Assembly (NCBI GenBank): GCA_000146465.1
Contig: CP001949.1
Length of the DNA stretch: 64,000 nt
Direction: 5' to 3' (one strand)
Position numbers and translations under genes: made by a program. The notes under the pieces are model-generated. The model saw only the letters and a list, made by a program, of their open reading frames with translations, ran no database searches and had not been told where the DNA came from. This document shows, in pieces, positions 29,818-38,937 of this stretch (positions within the stretch are counted from its first letter, which is position 1; each line of letters begins with the position of its first letter).

Positions 29818-31122
29818 ATGCGTGAAGTGATAACACTACAGGTTGGTCAGTGCGGAAATCAAATGGGTGCCGAGTTCTGGAAGACATTGTGCAAGGAACA
29901 CGGAATATCCAACTGTGGGACTTTACAAGACAACAGAGACCTTGGAGACAGGAAAGATGTCTTCTTTTACCAATCAGACGATAATGTGTTTGTTCCCAGA
30001 GCAATGCTTGTGGATTTGGAGCCCCGGGTTATATCCCAAGCACCATCATTTTTCAATCAGGAGAATATTTTTCTATCCAACGAAGGAGGTGGAGCAGGAA
30101 ATAACTGGGGACATGGATACTATATGGGCAAGACCATGGGAGACGACGTGGTAGAAGTGATCCAAAGGGAAGCAGAGGGCTGCGATTCTCTCGAGACCTT
30201 CTTCTTGCTCCACTCCATAGCAGGAGGAACAGGATCAGGATTTGGGTCTTTACTTTTGGAAAGAATAAGAGAGGAGTTTCCCAAGAAGATTGTCCAGACA
30301 TACTCTATATTCCCTAACAACGATGAATCCAGCGACGTTGTTGTCCAGCCATACAACTCCATGCTGACGCTTCAAAGACTCATAGAAAACTCGGACTGCA
30401 TTGTCGTGATGGACAACTCATCGCTTGGAAGATATACCTTGGACTCTCTGAGGATCGGCACCCCAACATTCGACCATATAAATCACCTTATATCAACAGT
30501 GATGGCTGCATCCACATCTACAATTAGATTTCCGGGATATATGTATTGCACACATCAGTCCATAAATAGCTGTCTTATTCCTGTTGATCCACTCAAATTC
30601 GTTGCACCATCATACACTCCTTTTGCATGCGATGAAATGTCTAGGATCGTCAGGAAGACAACATGTTCCGACGTCATGAGAAGACTTCTCCTACCAAAGA
30701 CCAGGCTTGCAAGCTATGAGCAAACGAAGGTCCAGTCTGTAGTGTCGATGCTGAATATCTTGCACGGTATCGAAGATCCCGGAGAGGTGTCCAGGACAGT
30801 TATGCGGTTTCTTGACAAGGGAATAGTCAACTTTGTCCCCTGGATGCCTCCCTCATTCAATGTTGCATTGGGAAAGAACATTGCCAACAACATAATGCCA
30901 AGCAGGATTTCCGGTCTAAGCCTCACTAACTCGACAGGAATCTCTTCGGTCCTGTCGAAGATATCTGGACAGTTTGACAAACTCAAGAAGCAGCGTGCAT
31001 TCCTGGATATTTACAAGAGATTTGGGGTTGAACCTGAAATGTTTGACCATGCAAAAGAGATTGTCCAGAAGACTCTTGAGGAATACCGCATGGCCGAAAT
31101 GTCGACATATTTAAGCCACTAG
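29818..31122 (+). CDS. TUBG: Gamma-tubulin
   Basis: [30 protein letters not shown].., [15 protein letters not shown], tubulin GTPase signature. N-terminus matches gamma- rather than alpha/beta-tubulin. Confidence 0.95.
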   Translation: MREVITLQVGQCGNQMGAEFWKTLCKEHGISNCGTLQDNRDLGDRKDVFFYQSDDNVFVPRAMLVDLEPRVISQAPSFFNQENIFLSNEGGGAGNNWGHGYYMGKTMGDDVVEVIQREAEGCDSLETFFLLHSIAGGTGSGFGSLLLERIREEFPKKIVQTYSIFPNNDESSDVVVQPYNSMLTLQRLIENSDCIVVMDNSSLGRYTLDSLRIGTPTFDHINHLISTVMAASTSTIRFPGYMYCTHQSINSCLIPVDPLKFVAPSYTPFACDEMSRIVRKTTCSDVMRRLLLPKTRLASYEQTKVQSVVSMLNILHGIEDPGEVSRTVMRFLDKGIVNFVPWMPPSFNVALGKNIANNIMPSRISGLSLTNSTGISSVLSKISGQFDKLKKQRAFLDIYKRFGVEPEMFDHAKEIVQKTLEEYRMAEMSTYLSH

Positions 31123-31157
31123 GCATGCTAACCGAAGTAAACTCAACCATGTCCACC

Positions 31158-31658
31158 TTATTTATTGTTATTTCCTATGTTAAGAGATCGAGACGCCCTA
31201 TGGAGAAAGGAAGCAAATCCTTTTGGAACCTTTATTCCGTCCACTCCCTCGAAGTTCCTCTTTGGTAGCTTACTAAGCATCTCGTCACTCTTCCCAAGCA
31301 TAATAACACCCTCGTAGAGAAATCCCGCTACAAGCAGGACAATCTGGTCGTATTTTTTCCATACTCTTTCTTGTGTTGGTGTCTTGACAACATCGACAAA
31401 TGCAGCTGCGAATTCATCAAAGGCCTGCCCTACAAATGCCTCATTCACCTCCATCGGCGAATATATGATCAAAAGTATCTCGTCCAGCCTCTTACACATG
31501 ACAATTCTGTCACGGAACACTGCTATACTCTCTCTATCTCTTACAGTCTTTTCCACAATCTTCTCCACAACTCCCTCATCCTTTGTAAAGACTTTCTTAT
31601 AGAGAATCTCCCCTTGGCTACTTGCCACAACCAACCCTTCAACATCAAAGAGGCTCAT
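31158..31658 (-). CDS. Longin-fold small subunit, coatomer zeta (or AP-complex sigma)-like
   Basis: ..NEAFVGQAFDEFAAAFVDVV..KKYDQIVLLVAGFLYEGVIMLGKSD parallels zeta-COP ..[34 protein letters not shown]. 166 aa. Confidence 0.5.
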   Translation of the reverse strand: MSLFDVEGLVVASSQGEILYKKVFTKDEGVVEKIVEKTVRDRESIAVFRDRIVMCKRLDEILLIIYSPMEVNEAFVGQAFDEFAAAFVDVVKTPTQERVWKKYDQIVLLVAGFLYEGVIMLGKSDEMLSKLPKRNFEGVDGIKVPKGFASFLHRASRSLNIGNNNK

Positions 31659-31717
31659 CCAGGGTTCGTCCTGCTAGTCATTTTGGCCTTTGTTTATCTA
31701 TCTCCACATCCCTTGAG

Positions 31718-32581
31718 ATGATGCATGAATTGAACTGTGTCCCACAAGAGACAATAACAAGTGTTTCATACAACAAGGATATACTTATTTCCCTGTGGAG
31801 TGGAGAGCTTATGCTGTATTCTGGAGTCACCTTTGGATGTAAGGGATCGGTAGAAGCGGAGATTCCTGTTACCAGGGCTATTCTTACGTCGGACGTGGTG
31901 GCTGGAGATATAGAGGGAAGTGTTCGGATATATGACATGTCTTTGAACGAAAAGGCAAAGATCTCAAGCGGGGTTGGTGGAATACAACTCCTGCATGAGT
32001 ACAAAGGAAGTGTAGTGGCTGGAGGATGGAACAAGAAAATTGTGTTTGTTAACGGATGTGTGGAAAATGTGATAAATACAGAGAAGAAGGTGTACTGTTC
32101 GGATATTTTGAATGATGTTCTTCTAGTAGGCCAGCAAGAATATGTTGTGGCATATGACCTCCGCACAAATTCATTCTTCTTTAGAAGACAGTTCAACACA
32201 GTTGTTAGATCACTAGCCTTGGGCCCAGGAGGTTTCTTTGCAGGTACAACCGATGGCCGGATATACTACGAGGACTTTGAGGACAAGTCCAGATCCTATG
32301 TGTTCAATGCACATTACTCCATATCGGGAGACTCGAAAATCTTTTATCCTGTAAACTCGATAGTGGTGGGAAAATATCTTCTTTCAGGGGGATCTGACGG
32401 AAGAGTACTCAGGTGGAAGCTTGAGGCAAAGAAAACTTACAAAGAAATTGCCTGTGACAAAGTGGGGGTGAGTGGTCTTTGCACAGCAGAGGAAAAAGTG
32501 GCCATAGGCTTTTCTTACTCACATGATAGAGGAGAGAAAGAAGAGATGAGTTGCAGCAGAGTAGTGCTGGTTGATTTATAG
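31718..32581 (+). CDS. WD40-repeat protein (Bub3/Rae1 family-like)
   Basis: Several WD-like blades, including ..LLSGGSDGRVLRWKL. Start at the internal MMHELN to clear the upstream gene. Confidence 0.55.
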   Translation: MMHELNCVPQETITSVSYNKDILISLWSGELMLYSGVTFGCKGSVEAEIPVTRAILTSDVVAGDIEGSVRIYDMSLNEKAKISSGVGGIQLLHEYKGSVVAGGWNKKIVFVNGCVENVINTEKKVYCSDILNDVLLVGQQEYVVAYDLRTNSFFFRRQFNTVVRSLALGPGGFFAGTTDGRIYYEDFEDKSRSYVFNAHYSISGDSKIFYPVNSIVVGKYLLSGGSDGRVLRWKLEAKKTYKEIACDKVGVSGLCTAEEKVAIGFSYSHDRGEKEEMSCSRVVLVDL

Positions 32582-32652
32582 GCGGCTTAGGAGTAAAAGA
32601 TCTAAAGATAAGTTTCCTAAGGGGTTTATGAGCTCATTGCAAAACCCCCCAA

Positions 32653-33153
32653 ATGGACTTGAAAACATTAAAGCAAATCTACTTAGATAGACTTGCGCCA
32701 AGGCCAGATGTAAGATGGGGAATAACAGGAGTGGCGTTTGTCCTGTACTGCATTCGTATATGGACAACAGGAGCTTTCTACCTAATAACATACTGTCTAG
32801 GGATCTATCTTCTCCATGCTCTAATCCTTTTCCTCACGCCAAAGGGAGAGATGATTCCAGATCCTTTCGAGAATATCGAGGATGATGACTATGTTCCAGA
32901 GGCAATAGACAACGAGTTCAAGCCCTTCATCCGGAATCTTCCTGAGTTTGACTTTTGGATGTTTGTCACAAAGACAGTCGGGGTAGCACTTGTGGGGACG
33001 TACTTTGACATATTGGACATTCCGGTGTACACACCGATTCTTGTGTTCTATTTTATTTTCATGGTTGGATATACCACAAAGCGCCTAGTTGCACACATGA
33101 AGAAGTACAACTACAATCCGTTTCTCCAAAGTAAGGAGTACTATAAGAAATAA
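32653..33153 (+). CDS. RER1: Rer1 (retrieval receptor for ER membrane proteins)
   Basis: YLDRLAPRPDVRWG..FYLITYCLGIYLLHALILFLTPK matches the Rer1 signature (WY.VTYALGIY.LNLFIAFLSPK). Four TM segments. Confidence 0.8.
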   Translation: MDLKTLKQIYLDRLAPRPDVRWGITGVAFVLYCIRIWTTGAFYLITYCLGIYLLHALILFLTPKGEMIPDPFENIEDDDYVPEAIDNEFKPFIRNLPEFDFWMFVTKTVGVALVGTYFDILDIPVYTPILVFYFIFMVGYTTKRLVAHMKKYNYNPFLQSKEYYKK

Positions 33154-33240
33154 AGCACGGTAATTTCTGCATGTTGTCCTGGTTCTAAGCACCGTTGGTG
33201 CAAAAATACACCTGGGATCCACCCTAGGGAATCTTGAGCA

Positions 33241-35628
33241 ATGGAACGGATTAGACTACCACTGAAGCGGCACAAGATCGAGCAAGAGGGAAAAGGCTGG
33301 AGAGGCAGAGAGCAGAAGAAGGTGGATCTGAAACGATTTGTGGAAATGTTTGTCAACCAAGCCTTGAAGGAGATGAAGGAAGCACTTGGGAAATTCCATT
33401 CTATTTCCGAAATAGTGTGCAGAAGGGAATTGAGCGTGTTTTTCAAACAGAAGGCTGCAGACTTTGAATGTTTGTTTCTACTTATAAGTGGAGTTGAGTA
33501 CCTGAAAGAGGCAAATTCAAACAGACATAGGATGGAGAAGATCAAAGATGTAGATGGGGAATATGTGATGATGGCGGATCGACTTGCACATCTGTTTGGA
33601 TCCTTCAAGTCGATGATTGTACCCAAGAGTGATGTCTTTACCTCACTCCAGACGGTTTACAACAGCAGCTATCTTCTTCCAAGTCTTGTTGGAGATAGTA
33701 CTGAGCATGAGGTGGCAAGCTTCGAAGAAATCAATAGAATCACCCGAATGTACTTGGACAAGGAGGATCTGTCTGTTTATGACAGTGTTGTGATTGATCG
33801 AGGTATTACAGTTCTGTCGACCAGATTTTTTTCGTTTAGCCTTGCATTATGTGGAGAGATATCCAGGCCTGAATGGAAACTGATCAATGTCAGGGGAGAT
33901 AACGAGGTCTTCAACCGCCACCTTCTGTTTGGTATGCCCCATCAAATAGACAAGATATCGAGGTTTCTGAGGGTCTATGAGGCACACACGAAGGCCCGGG
34001 ATATATTTCTGATGGTGAAAAGATCTTCCGAGCGCATAGAACTGAGTATAAAGGGCCACTACAAGAGATTTGAGGTTTCTTTTCACGTGTTCAAGATGGC
34101 AGTGCATGTCGAATGCAGCGATATTAACGGGAAGTTGTTTATAGAAGAAGATGTGTTTCCTTCTGGAAAGAATGTGGTAGAGTCGTTTGAAAGTAGAGTT
34201 TCGGAGTATCTCTGCAGGGACGGAAGGAATGCTTCTTTTAGTTTTGAAAAGGGATTTGTAGCTCTTGGAGATGAAGAGATCCAAACCTTCAGAAGTTTTA
34301 CAGACCTAGATGTCTTCTTGGAAAGAAAGAAAGAAAATTCCAGCTTTTATAGCTTTTTTGAGGAAAGATTTCCCTGCTACAGAAACCATAGGACAAACAT
34401 GTTTGGGGATAGAAATGTCTTCATTATAGAAAACGGGCTTTTTGTGTGCATCCGTCTGGTGAGATTTGTAGATAGCCACATGGAGATAAAGGTAATAGTT
34501 GGGAGCTGTGAACTGGTAGACTTTCCGAGTTATACAGAAGTCATCATGGAAGAGGACGATAGAGGAGAGATAGTGGGGATTATAAACGGAGGAAAGGTAA
34601 AGCAATCGACGATCAAGACCGAATCATTGTGCAAATACTTTGAAAAAGGCATGGAGCTTTTGTTTCTTTCCTATAGGCTTCTCCCGATGATCAACGGAAA
34701 GATTAGTGTTGGAGAACAAATCTTGCTGAACCATAGAGTCAAGAATACACAAATTGATATTTATATAGAGAAGAGGGAGGAGAAGTTTATTGTTACAACA
34801 AGCAGATTTGGGGCAAGGACAGCCACAACCTCAGGGGATGTTCATAACTGTGTTGCTTTTGCGTTGCTTCTAATGGATATCTTTACAAGCTCAAAGGATT
34901 CGGAGCTATTGAATGTTATCTCGATTGACCTTTTCAAAGGAACGACGTTGAGAATTTCGGGTCTTCCCGTGTCTCTTAAGCTGGACTGTTCAAAATCCCT
35001 CAAGGCAAGTCCACTGGCTGTGAATTGTGGACTAAGAAACAGTTCTATCCTTGGGGCCCTGGGCCTTCTATACTGTTTCCATGGGTTCTTTTCCAATGGG
35101 CTTGTACCTACAGCTTCCACACCCACAAGTCTGATATTTGTGTTTAGACACCTGTTCAAAGGGCATGTGAAGGTAAAGATGGTTGATAGAACTAAGTACA
35201 TGGTTTCTCTGAATGGAGGTAGAATTAAGGACGCTCTTGGAGGCTTTGGACGTGAGATATCTAGCATGGACACGTCTTTTCCTCGAAAGCTATCTTCCTT
35301 CTACTTCAAGGAAAAGATTGGATTAATATCCGATGTGGCAAGGAAGAGTTATAAAATAACTGCCAGTGAAAGCGAGGTGAGCATTTCAACAGCCTGTGGA
35401 AACTTCAAGATCTATATCGAAGATTGCAGATGTAAATTTCAGATCTGCTCCATCAACACAGTCGAACCAAGCGATCAGTTCATAGAAGCCATCAGCGAGT
35501 ATTTTGGAGAGGCTATGAGTGAAGGAAGAGATATTCCTAGTTGTATAAAGCTTTTAGACAGTTCAGAAGAACTTAAGAGACTGTTTGAAAACATTGAGTC
35601 GAAGAGAAAAGGGAATTACAGTAACTAG
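33241..35628 (+). CDS. Hypothetical 795-aa protein
   Basis: Long ORF with no recognised motif. Confidence 0.45.
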   Translation: MERIRLPLKRHKIEQEGKGWRGREQKKVDLKRFVEMFVNQALKEMKEALGKFHSISEIVCRRELSVFFKQKAADFECLFLLISGVEYLKEANSNRHRMEKIKDVDGEYVMMADRLAHLFGSFKSMIVPKSDVFTSLQTVYNSSYLLPSLVGDSTEHEVASFEEINRITRMYLDKEDLSVYDSVVIDRGITVLSTRFFSFSLALCGEISRPEWKLINVRGDNEVFNRHLLFGMPHQIDKISRFLRVYEAHTKARDIFLMVKRSSERIELSIKGHYKRFEVSFHVFKMAVHVECSDINGKLFIEEDVFPSGKNVVESFESRVSEYLCRDGRNASFSFEKGFVALGDEEIQTFRSFTDLDVFLERKKENSSFYSFFEERFPCYRNHRTNMFGDRNVFIIENGLFVCIRLVRFVDSHMEIKVIVGSCELVDFPSYTEVIMEEDDRGEIVGIINGGKVKQSTIKTESLCKYFEKGMELLFLSYRLLPMINGKISVGEQILLNHRVKNTQIDIYIEKREEKFIVTTSRFGARTATTSGDVHNCVAFALLLMDIFTSSKDSELLNVISIDLFKGTTLRISGLPVSLKLDCSKSLKASPLAVNCGLRNSSILGALGLLYCFHGFFSNGLVPTASTPTSLIFVFRHLFKGHVKVKMVDRTKYMVSLNGGRIKDALGGFGREISSMDTSFPRKLSSFYFKEKIGLISDVARKSYKITASESEVSISTACGNFKIYIEDCRCKFQICSINTVEPSDQFIEAISEYFGEAMSEGRDIPSCIKLLDSSEELKRLFENIESKRKGNYSN

Positions 35629-35715
35629 GTTTATTAAACAGCCCTTCCTAGGAGAAATTCGGCCTGTTTTTTTCCTGTTTGTGGACACGAAGCTGTGATA
35701 TCTAAACTTATTTAT

Positions 35716-36822
35716 TTACACTTCCTCGATGCTGTTGACTGCCAGGGTATCGAATGTATTTCTTCTGCAGAATAGAATATAAAAAATCGAGCCAATGAAC
35801 GAGAAGATAAGGACAACAGCCAACGGGAGAGCAACAAGGACCATCTGGGGCCCAACCCCAAGAACAAGACATACAGTCAAGAGGGTCACAAGCATGCTGA
35901 TGTGTGCAGTAAGAACTCTTTTCCATCCAAGAACCTCTTCGTTTTCATCTTCCGAGGCCGTTTCAAGGAGCGCAAAGAAGTCATTCTGTGTTCTGTCTAT
36001 TTCAAAAAGAAAGTCGTCGTCTGCATCCAGGGTGTTCCTCCGGAAGTACTCTCTGATCTCCGGCTGCATCAGAAAGTCGTCGTCCGAAGCGAAATAGTTG
36101 GCACTGTACATCACGCTTCTTTCTGGAGGAATTGACTTAGGCATAGCTATTGTGCCTTTCTGAATCTTTTCTATGATCTCTCTGGGATTTTCCTCCATGC
36201 TACTTATCTTCAAGGATCGGTCGCTAGCATCGAGACTGTCTCTTGACTTATGACATCTCTTGTTGTCCTCCGATGCCTCTTCTACCTTGTGTCTGAACAC
36301 CTGTGAAAACGCCTTTTTTGTTGTTTTGCCTTCCACCTTGGTTTCTATGAAGAAATACTCAACAAGTGCTCTGTCGACTTCTTGGGGCGGGACTTTGTAA
36401 TAGTAAACCTGCCCTAGTATATACATGTTGTTAAGGGGGTTTCGAACCTTCATTCTGTGCAACAATCTTCTGTCAGACTCAAACCTGAATAGTATCCTAT
36501 TCAATTCTGATGCAGCGTAGTAGAAGTTGTATATGACGCTCTGGTCATCTGGATCTGGAGTTGTGACTCTTGCAAGTATGAAGTCCTTATTCTTCGACCT
36601 GCAGTCCAATACTATTGTTTTGAACTCTTCTAAAGTGAAAGTTTCAACAGTGTTTGCATCCAGTACGTCCAATTCATCGCCTTCTCCATATGCCAGGTTG
36701 TTTGGACCCCCGACTATCCTGATTTTGGATGGCATTCCCTTGGATTTCTCATACAGATCTAGTGTCTCTTTTGCCATCCGGCTTGAACTTGTTTGTAAAC
36801 AAATAAAAATATATTTGGCCAT
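35716..36822 (-). CDS. Tail-anchored membrane protein, paralogue A of a two-member family in this window
   Basis: N-terminal domain ..IRIVGGPNNLAYGEGDELDVLDANTVETFTLEEFK..ILARVTTPDPDDQSVIYNFYYAASELNRILF..RNPLNNMYILGQVYYYKV and ANYFASDDDFLMQPEIREYF are conserved with 43402-44232. Acidic linker. Single C-terminal TM of about 45 residues. Confidence 0.6.
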   Translation of the reverse strand: MAKYIFICLQTSSSRMAKETLDLYEKSKGMPSKIRIVGGPNNLAYGEGDELDVLDANTVETFTLEEFKTIVLDCRSKNKDFILARVTTPDPDDQSVIYNFYYAASELNRILFRFESDRRLLHRMKVRNPLNNMYILGQVYYYKVPPQEVDRALVEYFFIETKVEGKTTKKAFSQVFRHKVEEASEDNKRCHKSRDSLDASDRSLKISSMEENPREIIEKIQKGTIAMPKSIPPERSVMYSANYFASDDDFLMQPEIREYFRRNTLDADDDFLFEIDRTQNDFFALLETASEDENEEVLGWKRVLTAHISMLVTLLTVCLVLGVGPQMVLVALPLAVVLIFSFIGSIFYILFCRRNTFDTLAVNSIEEV

Positions 36823-36978
36823 GTGATTAAATTAAAAACAATGGCCTTCCTTCCCTTGCTTGGCGATCCATGCTTCTTTCCTGGAAATACTGTCCATTCG
36901 TGTTCTGGGGAGTTGTAAACCTTTTATTTGCTAATCTGAAACAGACAGTAATAAAAGAAGCTTGACAGTAAACAAAAA

Positions 36979-37572
36979 ATGCCTGGCATCAAGGAGGATA
37001 TGAAGACCTATACATTCAAGATGGTGGTTCTTGGATACTATTCGGTGGGTAAGAGCAGCTTGGTGCTCAAGTATGTCAAGGGGGAGTTCAATCCAAATGA
37101 GGAGAGTACCATAGGTGCATCGTTCTTAACAAAAACTGTTTTTACTCCTGAAGGAAGCATCAAGTTCGAAATATGGGACACTGCAGGCCAGGAAAGATAC
37201 AACAGCCTGATTCCGATGTATTACCGTGGGGCGCAGGTGGCCCTGATAGTTTATGATATAACTTCTGTGGAAAGCTTCGAAACTGCAAAGAGATGGGTTG
37301 AAGAGCTTAGCTTTGAGAAGCCAAGGGAGTTCATCAAGGTTCTGATTGGAAATAAGTCCGATCTAGAGGAAGACCGAAAAGTAGAGTTCCAGCAGGGAAA
37401 GGAATATGCAGATAGTCAAAACCTTCTATTCTTCGAGTCGAGTGCAAAGACAGGAAAAAACATAGCCGAGATATTTAATGCAATTGCAGAGAAAGTTCCA
37501 AAAGAGGAGGTCAAGAAAAACACAAAAGGATTTAGGCTGAGAGATGATTACATAAAATACCTTTGCTGCTGA
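36979..37572 (+). CDS. Rab5-type small GTPase
   Basis: GYYSVGKSSL (P-loop), WDTAGQERY, GNKSDL, SAK, C-terminal CC prenylation motif. YYRGAQVALIVYDIT is Rab5/Ypt5-like. Confidence 0.9.
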   Translation: MPGIKEDMKTYTFKMVVLGYYSVGKSSLVLKYVKGEFNPNEESTIGASFLTKTVFTPEGSIKFEIWDTAGQERYNSLIPMYYRGAQVALIVYDITSVESFETAKRWVEELSFEKPREFIKVLIGNKSDLEEDRKVEFQQGKEYADSQNLLFFESSAKTGKNIAEIFNAIAEKVPKEEVKKNTKGFRLRDDYIKYLCC

Positions 37573-37584
37573 TCTTTATTTACT

Positions 37585-38304
37585 TTAAATGTTTGTAATC
37601 TCGAGGACAGATCTTCTGAGTCTTATGTAAGACTCGATCGATCCACATTTCTCGAGGAACTTCCCTTCATCTAGTGCTTCGCAGAGCAGAGGATCGATTT
37701 TCAGCTCGCATATAAAGCGAACACCCATCTCCATTGCAAGTCTTTCTCCTCCTCTTGCCCCAAATATGTTGGTGGGGTTTCCACAGGACTCGCAGCAGTA
37801 TCCACTCATATTCTCCACAAGCCCGAGAATCTGGATTCCATTAGAAATGCAAAAGTCAATTGCTCTCGAAGAATCTCCTAGGGAGATGTTCTGCGGAGTA
37901 GTGGCAATCAAAACACTAATGTCCTTTCCAACCAGAAATCCATGTTCCTCAGATATTCCTGGAGGCATATCAATCACTACGTTATCAAAGCCATCGGCCG
38001 ATTCATAGAACATCGATAATACAGACATCTTCTTTGGACCTCTCCATATCACAGAGTCACTTTCCTTCATAAGCAAAGCCATCGAAAGTATGTACAAGTT
38101 CTCAGATGCTTTGGCCGGAATCAATCCCTTCTCTCCTTTGTATATCTTTTCCTTAATCCCAAGTCCACTAGCCACACTTGGCCCACACAGATCAAAGTCC
38201 AACAGCAGTGTCTTTCCTCTTTCGGACATCGCCGTGCTCAGCATGATAGAGATCGAGCTTTTTCCAACTCCTCCCTTACCACTCATAACAGCCACCATGA
38301 CCAT
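37585..38304 (-). CDS. Cytosolic Fe-S cluster assembly P-loop NTPase (Cfd1/NUBP2-like, Mrp/NBP35 family)
   Basis: SGKGGVGKSS Walker A motif, CESCGNPTNIF (CxxC). No N-terminal ferredoxin-like Cys cluster. Confidence 0.85.
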   Translation of the reverse strand: MVMVAVMSGKGGVGKSSISIMLSTAMSERGKTLLLDFDLCGPSVASGLGIKEKIYKGEKGLIPAKASENLYILSMALLMKESDSVIWRGPKKMSVLSMFYESADGFDNVVIDMPPGISEEHGFLVGKDISVLIATTPQNISLGDSSRAIDFCISNGIQILGLVENMSGYCCESCGNPTNIFGARGGERLAMEMGVRFICELKIDPLLCEALDEGKFLEKCGSIESYIRLRRSVLEITNI

Positions 38305-38328
38305 ACAAGGGGTGCCCCAATCAGTCTA

Positions 38329-38937
38329 TCATTCAATTTCTTCCGACTCATTTACAGACGCCAGTTTCTTCACAAATACTCTTTCCTTCCTTTTCACTAC
38401 AGGCAATCTTCTTGGCTTGGCTGTTGGAAGTAGTATAGAGGGAAACTCCTTGATGTTATGCACCTTTGCATTAGGCCTGTCTTGGAATTTTATCTTTCTT
38501 TTCCGTCTTCTACTTATGTGCTCTGGACATCTGCTTTCTCCATCAAACACAAGAACAACATATCTGTATCCAGAATTCTTGAGAGTATTCTTTTCAACAA
38601 TTTCCTTCATACATTTTTTTTTTGTTCCCTTTGCATGACCATTCGAGTCCTTCTTGGCTAACGGATCTTTCCCCTTCCTCATTTGGTATCCAACAGACAC
38701 TTTTCTTTTCCTAATCGTCCCATCTTCTACAAGCTTTGCTTCCTTTTTCTTTCTAGGCTTCCTTCTTTTAAAAGCCCCGAAGCCCAACTCAGTCTTATTT
38801 TCTTCGAGCCTCTTCGCCATTCCCCTTTTCAATATCTCACTTCGGAGTCCGATGTTGTTTAGTAGTGAGTATTCCCTATTTAGAAGATACATATCTATCT
38901 CCCTCTTAGAAGGCCTTCCTATAAATATTTCATCCAT
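38329..38937 (-). CDS. Basic (Lys/Arg-rich) protein, possibly nucleolar
   Basis: ORF 38329-39030 trimmed to an internal Met so that it overlaps the XPF stop by only a few nt. Confidence 0.4.
   Translation of the reverse strand: MDEIFIGRPSKREIDMYLLNREYSLLNNIGLRSEILKRGMAKRLEENKTELGFGAFKRRKPRKKKEAKLVEDGTIRKRKVSVGYQMRKGKDPLAKKDSNGHAKGTKKKCMKEIVEKNTLKNSGYRYVVLVFDGESRCPEHISRRRKRKIKFQDRPNAKVHNIKEFPSILLPTAKPRRLPVVKRKERVFVKKLASVNESEEIE

Noticed and set aside
33154-33240. GCACCGTTGGTGC palindrome in the Rer1 / 795-aa-gene spacer
   Set aside because: A single 5-bp stem. It is too small to call as a terminator or ncRNA and is a likely incidental promoter-region hairpin.
35716-36822. Tried to assign the tail-anchored paralogues to VAP/MSP, longin-SNARE or cytochrome b5 families
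   Set aside because: There is no SNARE heptad or conserved R/Q layer before the TM, no HPGG heme motif and no convincing MSP signature. They are left as an unassigned family rather than forcing a name.
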